Origin: Pseudomonadota bacterium | Lineage (GTDB): Bacteria > Pseudomonadota > Gammaproteobacteria > Xanthomonadales > Xanthomonadaceae | Reading direction: 5' to 3' | DNA length: 32,675 nt | Assembly: GCA_023439425.1 (NCBI GenBank) | Contig: JAEXNZ010000299.1 | Span: 1-32,675 of the forward strand | Shown: piece after piece, positions 14,754 through 23,507 of the stretch | Layout of the letters: the number at the start of each line of letters is the position of its first letter | Position numbering within the stretch: the first letter of the stretch is position 1 | The notes under the pieces: generated by a model | The model's input: only the letters and a program-made list of their open reading frames with translations | Database searches by the model: none | What the model was told of the DNA's origin: nothing | Translations under genes and position numbers: made by a program

Positions 14754-17102
14754 CTACGTTGCATGGGTCAGCCAGCCACCGAACAGCGGGCCTGCGGTGT
14801 CGCCGTGTTGCGGCTCGAAGCGGATCTTCAGCGGCTTCCCCTCGCGGGTAAGCGCGTGCGGCAAGGCATATTCGTGGTCCACAAAATCCAGCACCTGCCC
14901 GCGCTCGACCTCGACTTCCACCGCAAGCGTTCCATTCACCAGAATATTGAAGCGCCCCTTGTCGCTGCCCCAGAAACGCAGGCGCAGGGCCAGCGGCTGG
15001 CGGCTGCCCTGCATCGCGAATTCCACGAAGCCCTTGCCGCGTACGTCACGGCATTCCTGGCGCCGGTAAGCCGCGGAGAACGACGTATCACTGGTGAGAC
15101 CATGGGCCTTCTCGGAGGCCTCGTTGCCAAACTGGATCATGTCCACGGCATCGGCCTGCAGCTGTGCACGCTCCGCAACGGCCTGTTCGCGACGTTTCGC
15201 TTCGGCGACCCATTGCGCAGCGTCCATGCGCTTGAAGTACAACGCGCTGCGGCGGTCGTGCTGGGCGTAGAAGGGAGAGAACTCCAGCGCCTGCGGACGC
15301 GTGGTGCTGGCCAGGAAGCGGCCCGGCTCCGGTAGCGCGCTGAAGCCGGCCAACGGCGACGCATCGGCCACCAGCGCGGGATCGGGCGCATCCCAGGGAT
15401 CACTGACCGGCCCAAGATCAGCCGCGAGTGCCAGCGGACCGCGCATCACCACCACGGTGTCGGCGTCGCCCGCGGCGTGCTCCAGTCGCAACGGCGTGGC
15501 GAGGTCCAGCTCGACGACATCGCCGACCTTCCACCGTCGCTCCAACAACGCGTACCCCTCCTGCAGGGTGCTTGACGCCTTGCGGCCGTTGACCTTCAGT
15601 GCAAAGCGCCCTTCCGTCCACGCGGGAATCCGCAGCAGCAGCCGCTGCGGCGCAGCGTCATCTGCACGCGTCACCTGCAGGCGCACCCGCCCATTGAGCG
15701 GCACGCCACTGTCGAGCGTCAGGGCCAGCCCGCCCTGCTTCCAGTCCAGCGTGGACGGGATGTACAGATTGACGTACAGCGACTGCTCGTCCTGCCAGTA
15801 AATGGAATCGCCGAACTGGGCGTGCGCCTCCATCCCGCTGCCCACGCAGCACCAGAACGAATCAAACTTGTCGGAGAAGCCCCGCTCACCACCGGTGATC
15901 ATCGGCGTCATGTAGGTGAACATGCCCGTCTCCGGGTGCTGGGCCGACATCGTGTGGTTCAGCAGGGTGCGCTCGTAGTAGTCGAAGTAGCGCGCCTGCG
16001 GCGTCCATTGGTACAGGTGCCGGGTCAGCTTGAGCATGTTGTAGCTGTTGCAGTGCTCGCAGGTCTGCTCGGTCAGAAACGCGGCAATGGTATCGGGCTG
16101 CTGGAAGTACTCGCGGTCGGCGTTGCCACCGATCACGTAGCTGTAGTGCGCGGTCACCGTCTCCCAGAAGAAGCGCGCGCCGGCCGCGGAATCGAGATCA
16201 CCCGTGACTTCGAACTGCAGCGCCTCGCCGATGAACTTGGGCACCTGGGTGTTGGCGTGATGGTGCGGCAGGTTGTCCTTGCCGGCGATGGCCGGGTCGA
16301 CAATGCCTTCGTGGCGCAGGCGCTTGCCGATCGCGATCCAGCGTGGATTGTTGGTGCGCGCGCCCAGCTCGATGTACGACTCGTTGAGGCCGCCGAATTC
16401 TGTGGCCAGCAGGGACTGCATCTGCGCGTGATCAAGGGCATCGAAAACACCGGCCAGGTACGTCGCCAGCAGCAGCAGCACCGGCAGTGCCTGTGTATTG
16501 GCGGCCAGCGCATCGGCATCCAGCAGGCCGGCGAACAGTTTGTGCACCGTGTACAGCGGCGACCAGCTGCCATTGATGTTGAATCTGCTGCCGGTCACCG
16601 CGCCGGCACGGATCTGTTCGAAGACCTGCTTGCCGCCCTCGATATCGCCTGCATCGGTCTTGCGGGTCAGTCCGCCGACGTAGCCATCCTTGTCCTGGGC
16701 CTGCGCACGCGCCAGCTCTGAGACGATGTAGTCGATGCGCTGCCGGACCTGCACATCGCGGGTCTGCGCATACAGCTTGGACAGCGCGCTGAGGTAATGG
16801 CCGAGGGTGTGGCCGGCGATGGTGTCGCCCTCCCAGCCGCCGTAGACCGCGCCTTTGGGCACGAGTCCGGCCTGCTGGAGGAAGTTGTGCAGCAGGCGGT
16901 CTGGCTCCAGCTCGAACAGGTAGCGACGGTTGACCTGCAGGGAATCCAGGAACATCGATGGTTTCAGCGTGACATCCTGCAACGGCAGCGCGGTGACCCG
17001 TCCGGCGGTAGACGCGGCCACGTCCAGCGGGAAGCGCAGCATGCCAGCGGCAACAGCCAATGCACTCCACTGCAGGAAACGTCGGCGGGACGGGTCAGTC
17101 AT
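14754..17102 (-). CDS. Tat-exported beta-L-arabinofuranosidase, GH146/GH127 cysteine glycosidase (HypBA1-like)
   Basis: Start re-called at ATG 17102 after GAGGAGG (782 aa). Tat motif SRRRFL; YGGWE, GHYLSA, HANTQVPK, GGNADREYF, TCEHCNSYNMLK and FWCCVGSG (Zn-Cys3-Glu site). Confidence 0.88.
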   Translation of the reverse strand: MTDPSRRRFLQWSALAVAAGMLRFPLDVAASTAGRVTALPLQDVTLKPSMFLDSLQVNRRYLFELEPDRLLHNFLQQAGLVPKGAVYGGWEGDTIAGHTLGHYLSALSKLYAQTRDVQVRQRIDYIVSELARAQAQDKDGYVGGLTRKTDAGDIEGGKQVFEQIRAGAVTGSRFNINGSWSPLYTVHKLFAGLLDADALAANTQALPVLLLLATYLAGVFDALDHAQMQSLLATEFGGLNESYIELGARTNNPRWIAIGKRLRHEGIVDPAIAGKDNLPHHHANTQVPKFIGEALQFEVTGDLDSAAGARFFWETVTAHYSYVIGGNADREYFQQPDTIAAFLTEQTCEHCNSYNMLKLTRHLYQWTPQARYFDYYERTLLNHTMSAQHPETGMFTYMTPMITGGERGFSDKFDSFWCCVGSGMEAHAQFGDSIYWQDEQSLYVNLYIPSTLDWKQGGLALTLDSGVPLNGRVRLQVTRADDAAPQRLLLRIPAWTEGRFALKVNGRKASSTLQEGYALLERRWKVGDVVELDLATPLRLEHAAGDADTVVVMRGPLALAADLGPVSDPWDAPDPALVADASPLAGFSALPEPGRFLASTTRPQALEFSPFYAQHDRRSALYFKRMDAAQWVAEAKRREQAVAERAQLQADAVDMIQFGNEASEKAHGLTSDTSFSAAYRRQECRDVRGKGFVEFAMQGSRQPLALRLRFWGSDKGRFNILVNGTLAVEVEVERGQVLDFVDHEYALPHALTREGKPLKIRFEPQHGDTAGPLFGGWLTHAT

Positions 17103-17121
17103 GAAAACCTCCTCAATGGAT

Positions 17122-19482
17122 TCAGCCATAGCGGGCCTGCACGCGCACGGTGGCCCCGGCGGTAAACGGCAGCGGCACGCGGTCGTGGTGGGGACCGCCG
17201 GCCTTGGCCGCCTTGCCGTCCACCGAAATCTCCAGCAGGCGTGTGCCAGCCGGCACCCGCAGGGTCAGCCAGGTGGTGCCGGGTTGCTGCGGAGGCAGGG
17301 TCACCTCGGCTTGGATGCGCTGCTGCGCCAAGTCCGCACGCAGCTGCAGGCCGACCCGGCCCCACGGGGTGGGTGCGTCCTGCAGTGCAATCGGCTGGCC
17401 GGTGGCCAGCCAGTCGCGCGGGACGCCACGGGCCAGATACAGGTCCTGGTCCTGGTCGAACACCAGCATCCAGCGCAGCAGCAGCGGTACCGTCATCTGC
17501 GCGGGCATGCAGAACAGCGGCATGCCGCCGGTGATGCCCGCCACTTCGCCTGCGGTCCAGCTGCCGCGCGTATGTGCCTGGTAGCGGTGGGCATACAGGA
17601 ACAGCAGATACTCCTCGATCCGATCCAGCCGCAGCAGCTGCTGGGCGTGGCCATAGGAGATGAAGCCGAGAATGTCGCGCGCTTCCGGGGTGGGCTTCCA
17701 GATATTGGACACAATGCCCAGCGTGGTGCCGCCATGGCCGCGCAGGCAATCGATCACCAGGTTGGCAAGGTCGGGCGGCAACACGTCGGCCTGCAGCAGT
17801 TCGGCATAGGAACGGTGCGACCACAGCTGTTCGCTTTTGCTCGGATCTTCCTGCGACATGGCCTGGCGGAAGGTCTCGGTGGTGCCCGGCAGCGGGCCCA
17901 GGTAGGCTGGCCGCAGGTCATGCCGGATATCCGCGCGGATGCTGTCCAGCAGGCGCTGGCGCAGTTGCCGGGCGCGGCGTTGCCAGTCGCGGCTGGTTGC
18001 ATCGTTGCCGGTCAGCGCCGGCCATACCGCGGCAATGTCCTCCCAACCGCGGATCACTAAGGCGCTGTTGCCGAAGTACGGCTTCCACCACAGCGAGGGA
18101 TCCGGATACAGGCAGGCGTCGGACTCGCTCCAGCCATGGATCAGGCCATGGCCGCGATCACTTCGCGGCAAGGCGAGGCTGGCGTCGTGCAGTTCGACCA
18201 GCAACGCGGCGGTCGCTTCGATCTTTGCCTGATGGCGGCGCAGCAGCGCCGTGTCGCCGGTGTAGCGGAGGTAACGCGCCAGCAGTGACAAAGTCAGGCC
18301 AAACTGCCCCACCTGTGGACCGCGCATGTTCACCAGACCGTCGGACTGGGTGTACTCGCCCAGGTAGTTGTCCAGCACCGCCCTCGCCTGCGCGAAGCGC
18401 CCCCATTCCAGATTGGCGTACAGCGAACTGGTGAAGGTGTCCTGGAAGCCGTCGTATTCGTTGCCGGCGTAATCGCGGTCCACCGCGCCATACTTCGGAT
18501 ACACACCGCCCGGGCGCACCACCAGCTCGCGTGCGAAGGCGAAGCGGGCCAGGTCGGGCCAGCTCGCATCGGGCAGCCGTGCCGCGCTGGCCTCGGCCAG
18601 CTGGGCCTGCCAGGTCGCGGCAAAGTCGATCAGCCCGCGGTAGAAGTCCTCGGCGCTGGCACCGTGGCGGCGCGGCGGAAAGTCGGGATAGCTGTAGCCC
18701 ACGACGGTGCGCACCGCTGTGCCGTGTTCGACCAGCACGGTGCGATGCCAGGTCTGCACGATGAAGCGGTCCTGCGCATTGACGTCGGCGAACACCGACA
18801 CGTCGTACCAGCGTCCCTCACCGGCCGGCACCACTTTGTGCACCGCCGGCATCCAGCCGCCCAGCAGCCCCTCCTCGCGGCGTGCGACCTTGTCCGCGTC
18901 GGCCAGCTCCGGGAAGGCGTGGATCGGCCGGTACGTGCGGCTGCGCCCGTCCGGGTAGATCTGCATGGTGTCGTTGCCCTGCACCGTGCCGACGAAGGTG
19001 GTCCACGGCAGCCGCCCGTTGTGGTCCTTCGGGTCGAGCCGGGACGCCGGCGGCGGTGCGACATCACGCACAGCCGCCTCATTCGGATCCCCATCGCGCA
19101 GCAACCGGTCGGCCAGCAGGTCGGCCTCAGCCATCGCCAGTTCGGCCAGCGGCAGGCCCAGGTATGGCGGAGCTTCGCTGCCCCACACCGCTTCGGTGCG
19201 CTTGCCGAGATTCAGTACGCCGACTGCACAGGCCAGCACCAGCGGCCCCTGCGGCGTGCGCAGATCTTCATGGACGCTCCAGCGCGTGCCGCGATGCTGG
19301 AAAGTGGCCAGCGTGGTGAATCCAGTGAGGTCGACGGTAGATGCAGGCTCCAGCATCGGCGCCGGTGGCACCGCCACGGACGGCGTGGCATCTCCCGCAG
19401 CGACGGCGCTGGCGAGGGACGGCAGCAGGCCCATGCCGGCGGTTGCCGCCGCGCCCTGACGCAGGAATGTTCTGCGATCCAT
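17122..19482 (-). CDS. Tat-exported uncharacterised protein, probable (alpha/alpha)6 glycosidase-like fold
   Basis: 786 aa. Tat signal MDRRTFLRQG; helical C-terminal half with NEYDGFQD, YLRYTGD, GWSESD and WTAGE; terminal LARGVPRDW...APTPWG segment resembling six-hairpin GH C-termini; lies between two glycosidase genes. Confidence 0.7.
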   Translation of the reverse strand: MDRRTFLRQGAAATAGMGLLPSLASAVAAGDATPSVAVPPAPMLEPASTVDLTGFTTLATFQHRGTRWSVHEDLRTPQGPLVLACAVGVLNLGKRTEAVWGSEAPPYLGLPLAELAMAEADLLADRLLRDGDPNEAAVRDVAPPPASRLDPKDHNGRLPWTTFVGTVQGNDTMQIYPDGRSRTYRPIHAFPELADADKVARREEGLLGGWMPAVHKVVPAGEGRWYDVSVFADVNAQDRFIVQTWHRTVLVEHGTAVRTVVGYSYPDFPPRRHGASAEDFYRGLIDFAATWQAQLAEASAARLPDASWPDLARFAFARELVVRPGGVYPKYGAVDRDYAGNEYDGFQDTFTSSLYANLEWGRFAQARAVLDNYLGEYTQSDGLVNMRGPQVGQFGLTLSLLARYLRYTGDTALLRRHQAKIEATAALLVELHDASLALPRSDRGHGLIHGWSESDACLYPDPSLWWKPYFGNSALVIRGWEDIAAVWPALTGNDATSRDWQRRARQLRQRLLDSIRADIRHDLRPAYLGPLPGTTETFRQAMSQEDPSKSEQLWSHRSYAELLQADVLPPDLANLVIDCLRGHGGTTLGIVSNIWKPTPEARDILGFISYGHAQQLLRLDRIEEYLLFLYAHRYQAHTRGSWTAGEVAGITGGMPLFCMPAQMTVPLLLRWMLVFDQDQDLYLARGVPRDWLATGQPIALQDAPTPWGRVGLQLRADLAQQRIQAEVTLPPQQPGTTWLTLRVPAGTRLLEISVDGKAAKAGGPHHDRVPLPFTAGATVRVQARYG

Positions 19483-19587
19483 TCAACCCCACCTGTGGTG
19501 ACGAGTCTCCATGCTGCGCGGCGCGACTTCTGCCGTCTTGTTACCGACCGATGACATCGATGCGGCTTTCCGCACACTTTCAAGCGT

Positions 19588-21195
19588 TCAATACGTCCCG
19601 ACCGTTACTCGCAGCACCGGCGGATCCTCGCGCACGAAATTGAGGCCATAGTCGGTCTGGTCGCCATTGAGCAGTCGCTCGAACTGCCACTGGCCGTTCA
19701 CGTAGCGGCCCTGCTCCACCCGCAGCAGCTGCCCATGCAGCGCATCGTTGGCGACGCGCACGAACTCCGCGCGGGCGGAAAGGCCGGTCAGCAGGAACTG
19801 ATTTTTGGCCGTCTGCGCCACCAGCAAGCGGCCGCCGTGGTCGGCGTTGCCGGGCAGGATCGGATCGGCATCCCCCCAGTACGGTGCGCCGTAGGACACA
19901 CGCACCTCCCAGTCGCCGAAGCGCAGACTGCGCTTGGGTTGGCCCGGCTGCTCGGCCACCGCCTGCAGCCGGCCTTCGAACGCCGCCTTTGCGATCAGCC
20001 GCTGCAGGGGCGCAAGCTGGCCGAAGTTGGCAGCATGCGCGGTGGTCGCCGCGCGCTTCTCCGGCGAATCCAGCCCATCCATGCCAAACACCGAGAAGCC
20101 GATGCCGCCCTGCCCCAGCACGTGGAACAGATAGGGGGTAGTGCCTGGCTCAAAGCCGGTTTCGGACACCCAGGCCGGATTGTCCGGGCGCGCATATTGG
20201 CCGATGACCTGGGTGTATTCGCTGTAGTCGGTGGTGTAGATGTCGGTGCCGATGAAATCGATCGACGGCGTGGCCGCACGCCACAGGTCGAACACGTTGA
20301 CCGTAGCCCCGCCGGAGGGATAGTCCACGCCCGGATAGCGCTTGCCCTTGTAGCGCAGCCAGGTGTTCACATACATCGGCATGTCGTAGACGCGTTTGCC
20401 TGCGGCTGCCACCTGCTCGATGTAGTGGGCGGTGGCATACGCATTGAAGGCTTCATCCGCCTCGGGCCCGAACACGTCCCGCCAGGTGCCGGCCGGCTTG
20501 CCCACCCGGGTGGTGATGGCCGCCGGTACAGGCTGGGCAAACGCCGCATTGGCGGCAGCGCCGTGGTCACGCACCGCGCCGATCGCGCCCGGCTCGTTCT
20601 CCACCTGAACCAGGATCACCGTGTGGCGCTGGCCATCGACCTCGCGCAGATGCTTCATCAGCGCAGCGAACGCGCGCGCATCTGCCTCGACATTCGCGCT
20701 GGCGTGCGGCGACAGCACATCCACCGGTTCGCCGCGCTCGTCCAAGGTGCGCGGGTAAGTCACCGCATCACGCTTGATCCACTCCGGCACGTAATGCATC
20801 TGCCCGTTCTTCCAGCTGCCGAACCACAGCAGGGCCACCCGCAGATTGCGTCGCCGGGCCTGCTCGATCAGCGCGTCAACATTCGTGGTGTCGTACTGCC
20901 CCGGCGAAGGCTCGAACTGTTCCCAGTACACCGGGGCCTCCACCGTATTGGCGTTCAGCGCCACCACCTGGTCCAGCGCACCCGGCAACACCGCCGGCCA
21001 GGCACTGGAATTGTGCAGCTGGGCGGCCAACACGGTGTACGGTTCACCATCGACCAGCAGAGCATGCCGACCGTTCTCGGTAACGAACCGTGGCATCTGT
21101 TCGGCCCCGAACGCAGGCAGGCTCAGGCACGCCAGCAACAGGCCGGTCACGCTGAACGCCATGGCGCGTCGCGGGGAAGTTGCGGAGACGGTCAT
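19588..21195 (-). CDS. GH35-like (clan GH-A) beta-galactosidase with DUF5597-type C-terminus
   Basis: 535 aa. Signal peptide; AAQLHNSSAW, WFGSWKNG, QVENEPG (acid/base), YPSGG, WVSETG (nucleophile), RLLNGDQT. Confidence 0.85.
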   Translation of the reverse strand: MTVSATSPRRAMAFSVTGLLLACLSLPAFGAEQMPRFVTENGRHALLVDGEPYTVLAAQLHNSSAWPAVLPGALDQVVALNANTVEAPVYWEQFEPSPGQYDTTNVDALIEQARRRNLRVALLWFGSWKNGQMHYVPEWIKRDAVTYPRTLDERGEPVDVLSPHASANVEADARAFAALMKHLREVDGQRHTVILVQVENEPGAIGAVRDHGAAANAAFAQPVPAAITTRVGKPAGTWRDVFGPEADEAFNAYATAHYIEQVAAAGKRVYDMPMYVNTWLRYKGKRYPGVDYPSGGATVNVFDLWRAATPSIDFIGTDIYTTDYSEYTQVIGQYARPDNPAWVSETGFEPGTTPYLFHVLGQGGIGFSVFGMDGLDSPEKRAATTAHAANFGQLAPLQRLIAKAAFEGRLQAVAEQPGQPKRSLRFGDWEVRVSYGAPYWGDADPILPGNADHGGRLLVAQTAKNQFLLTGLSARAEFVRVANDALHGQLLRVEQGRYVNGQWQFERLLNGDQTDYGLNFVREDPPVLRVTVGTY

Positions 21196-23507
21196 GGCTG
21201 TCCTTCCTTTTCTGCATTCCAGCGCGGTGTCGGCGCACGCATCAGGTGGCGTACGAAGAAATCAAACTGGCGTCGGGTGACGTAATCGATGGGCCCGGTC
21301 GAGCGGCCCACCGAGTGCTCGCCGCCGGGGACATTCAGCAGATCGAAGTCCTTGCCGGCCTTGATCAGCGCATCGACGACCTGTGCGGTCGAGGCCGGAT
21401 CGACGTTGCTGTCCTGCTCACCCACCACCAGCAGCAGGTCGCCACGCAGCTTGGACGCATGGGTCACGCCGGAGGCGCGCGCGTAGCTGGCGTCCACCGG
21501 CCAACCCATCCACTGCTCGTTCCAGCTGATCTTGTCCATGCGGTTGTCGAAGCAGCCGGCCATGGCCACCCCCACCGTGTACAGCTCGGGATGCAGTTCC
21601 AGCGCGCCCAGCGTGCTCTGGCCGCCCGCTGATGCGCCGTAGATACCCACGCCGCGGGAAATGTCGTAGGACGGATCTTTGGCCGCCAAGGCCTTGTGCC
21701 AGGCGATGCGGTCAGGAAAGCCGGAGTCGCCCAGGTTCTTCCAGGCCACGTCATGGAAGGCCTTGGAGCGGTGGGCGGTGCCCATGCCATCGATCTGCAC
21801 GACGATGAAGCCGAGGTCAGCCAGTGCCTGCATGCCGATCTGCTTGTCGCCACCAGAGTGGTAGCCGAACGGCCAGAAGGTCTTGGGCACGAAAGCATCA
21901 TGCGGGCCGGCATAGATGTTCTCCACCACCGGGTAGCGCCGCTTCGGGTCGTAATCACGGGGGCGCACCACCATGCCCCAGATGTCGGTGCTGCCGTCCC
22001 GTCCTTTGGCCACGAAGGTTTCCGGTGCCTTCCAGCCGGCGGCAAGCAGGCGCGAGATATCGCCACGGGCCAGCTCGCGGACCAGGGTGCCGTCAATGCG
22101 GTGCAGTGACGCGACCGGAGCCATGTCCGGGCGCGAGTACACATCGATGTAGTAGTGCCCATCCCGGGAGATGGCGACATCGTGATCGGCAGGGGCATGG
22201 GTCAGGCGGTTCAGATTGCGGCCGTCGAAGTCCACGCTGAACAGGTGCCGCTGGTATGGGTCCTGGCCCGCGTCCATGCCGCTGGCGCTGAACCAGATGC
22301 GGCGCTGGGCATCGTCAACATGCAGTACATCGCGCACCACCCAGTCGCCCTGGGTGATCTGCTGCCGGACGCTGCCATCGGTGCCATCGATCAGATAGAG
22401 ATGCCGCCAACCGTCGCGTTCGGAGATCCAGAGCAGCTCCCTGCCCTGCCCGCCAACATCGTGCACGAAGGTGCGATCGGCATACACAAAGGTGTCGGCC
22501 TTCTCTTCAACGGCCGCGTGCGCTTCGCCGCTGCCCGCGTCAACCGCAACCACCCGCACGGTCTGGAAGCCGCGTGCGACGTACTCGATGCTGAAGCTGC
22601 TTCCGTCGCTGCGCCATTGAATGGGCGACAGCGAATACGGGTTCGACAGCAAGGGGGTGTCGATCAACTTACGGTTTCCCGCCACGTCGAGCAGCACCGG
22701 CTGCTCGATGTCCACCGCATCACCGGGCTTGGGATACAACTGGGTCTGCAGCACCGGCTGAAGCTGGCCGGCGGGTGCGCTCTCAACGCGGGTCACCAGC
22801 CGCGGGAATCCGGGTGTCACCCGGTACAACGCGATATGCCGTGAATCCGGCGACCACGCGAGGGTTTCCGGATCGTAGAAGGCATCGCCGCGCCCATCGC
22901 GGGTCAGCGGGGTGACCTTGCCGTCGGCCACGTGGCGCAGCACCACGTTGAATCCCTCGGCATAAGCCTCCCATTGACCGTCCGGCGAACGGCGCGGCGC
23001 ATTGTCGGCCGGTACACGCAGATCGCGCACCACGCCAAATCCGCGTGGACGACCGGCCCGCGTGACCGGCGCGCAGAGGTAGTCGGTCAAGGTGCATCGC
23101 CACGTGGCATAGGTGCTGTCCAGGCTGAAGCGGATCGCACCGTTAGGGTTGTCACCTTCCGCCACGTATGCGAACTGCGAGAACGGCAGCTTCAGCGGTG
23201 CCACGTCCTGACCGCTGGCGGCCGACAGTCCCTGCGCCAGCCGCACGGCATCGAATGCAGGCTGCAGCTGCGCGCTGTCCGGCGAGCCGAGCACGAAGGC
23301 AAAGCCGCCTTCCACCGTGTGCCGGTAATAGAAATGCCCATCGCCGCGCCACTGCGCCGGGAAGGCCACGTCGCGGGTCAGCCCGCTCCAGGCCTCACGC
23401 AGGCCCAGCGAGCGGCGATAGTCATCTGCGTCCGGGGCGGCCGAGACCGTGGCACTCGCCCAGACCATGCCCACCAGCGTCAGCGCCCGCACCATCTTAT
23501 TCGCCAT
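21192..23507 (-). CDS. Secreted S9 family (DPP IV-like) serine peptidase
   Basis: 771 aa. Signal peptide; beta-propeller elements (SPDG, WSPDS, SERDGWRHLY), YAGPH, triad motifs GASAGG / DSNV / GGEHS. Confidence 0.9.
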   Translation of the reverse strand: MANKMVRALTLVGMVWASATVSAAPDADDYRRSLGLREAWSGLTRDVAFPAQWRGDGHFYYRHTVEGGFAFVLGSPDSAQLQPAFDAVRLAQGLSAASGQDVAPLKLPFSQFAYVAEGDNPNGAIRFSLDSTYATWRCTLTDYLCAPVTRAGRPRGFGVVRDLRVPADNAPRRSPDGQWEAYAEGFNVVLRHVADGKVTPLTRDGRGDAFYDPETLAWSPDSRHIALYRVTPGFPRLVTRVESAPAGQLQPVLQTQLYPKPGDAVDIEQPVLLDVAGNRKLIDTPLLSNPYSLSPIQWRSDGSSFSIEYVARGFQTVRVVAVDAGSGEAHAAVEEKADTFVYADRTFVHDVGGQGRELLWISERDGWRHLYLIDGTDGSVRQQITQGDWVVRDVLHVDDAQRRIWFSASGMDAGQDPYQRHLFSVDFDGRNLNRLTHAPADHDVAISRDGHYYIDVYSRPDMAPVASLHRIDGTLVRELARGDISRLLAAGWKAPETFVAKGRDGSTDIWGMVVRPRDYDPKRRYPVVENIYAGPHDAFVPKTFWPFGYHSGGDKQIGMQALADLGFIVVQIDGMGTAHRSKAFHDVAWKNLGDSGFPDRIAWHKALAAKDPSYDISRGVGIYGASAGGQSTLGALELHPELYTVGVAMAGCFDNRMDKISWNEQWMGWPVDASYARASGVTHASKLRGDLLLVVGEQDSNVDPASTAQVVDALIKAGKDFDLLNVPGGEHSVGRSTGPIDYVTRRQFDFFVRHLMRAPTPRWNAEKEGQP

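Noticed and set aside
19561..19574. Small hairpin TGCGG-cttt-CCGCA after the GH35 gene
   Set aside because: Only a 5-bp stem with no U-tract; too weak to call a terminator.
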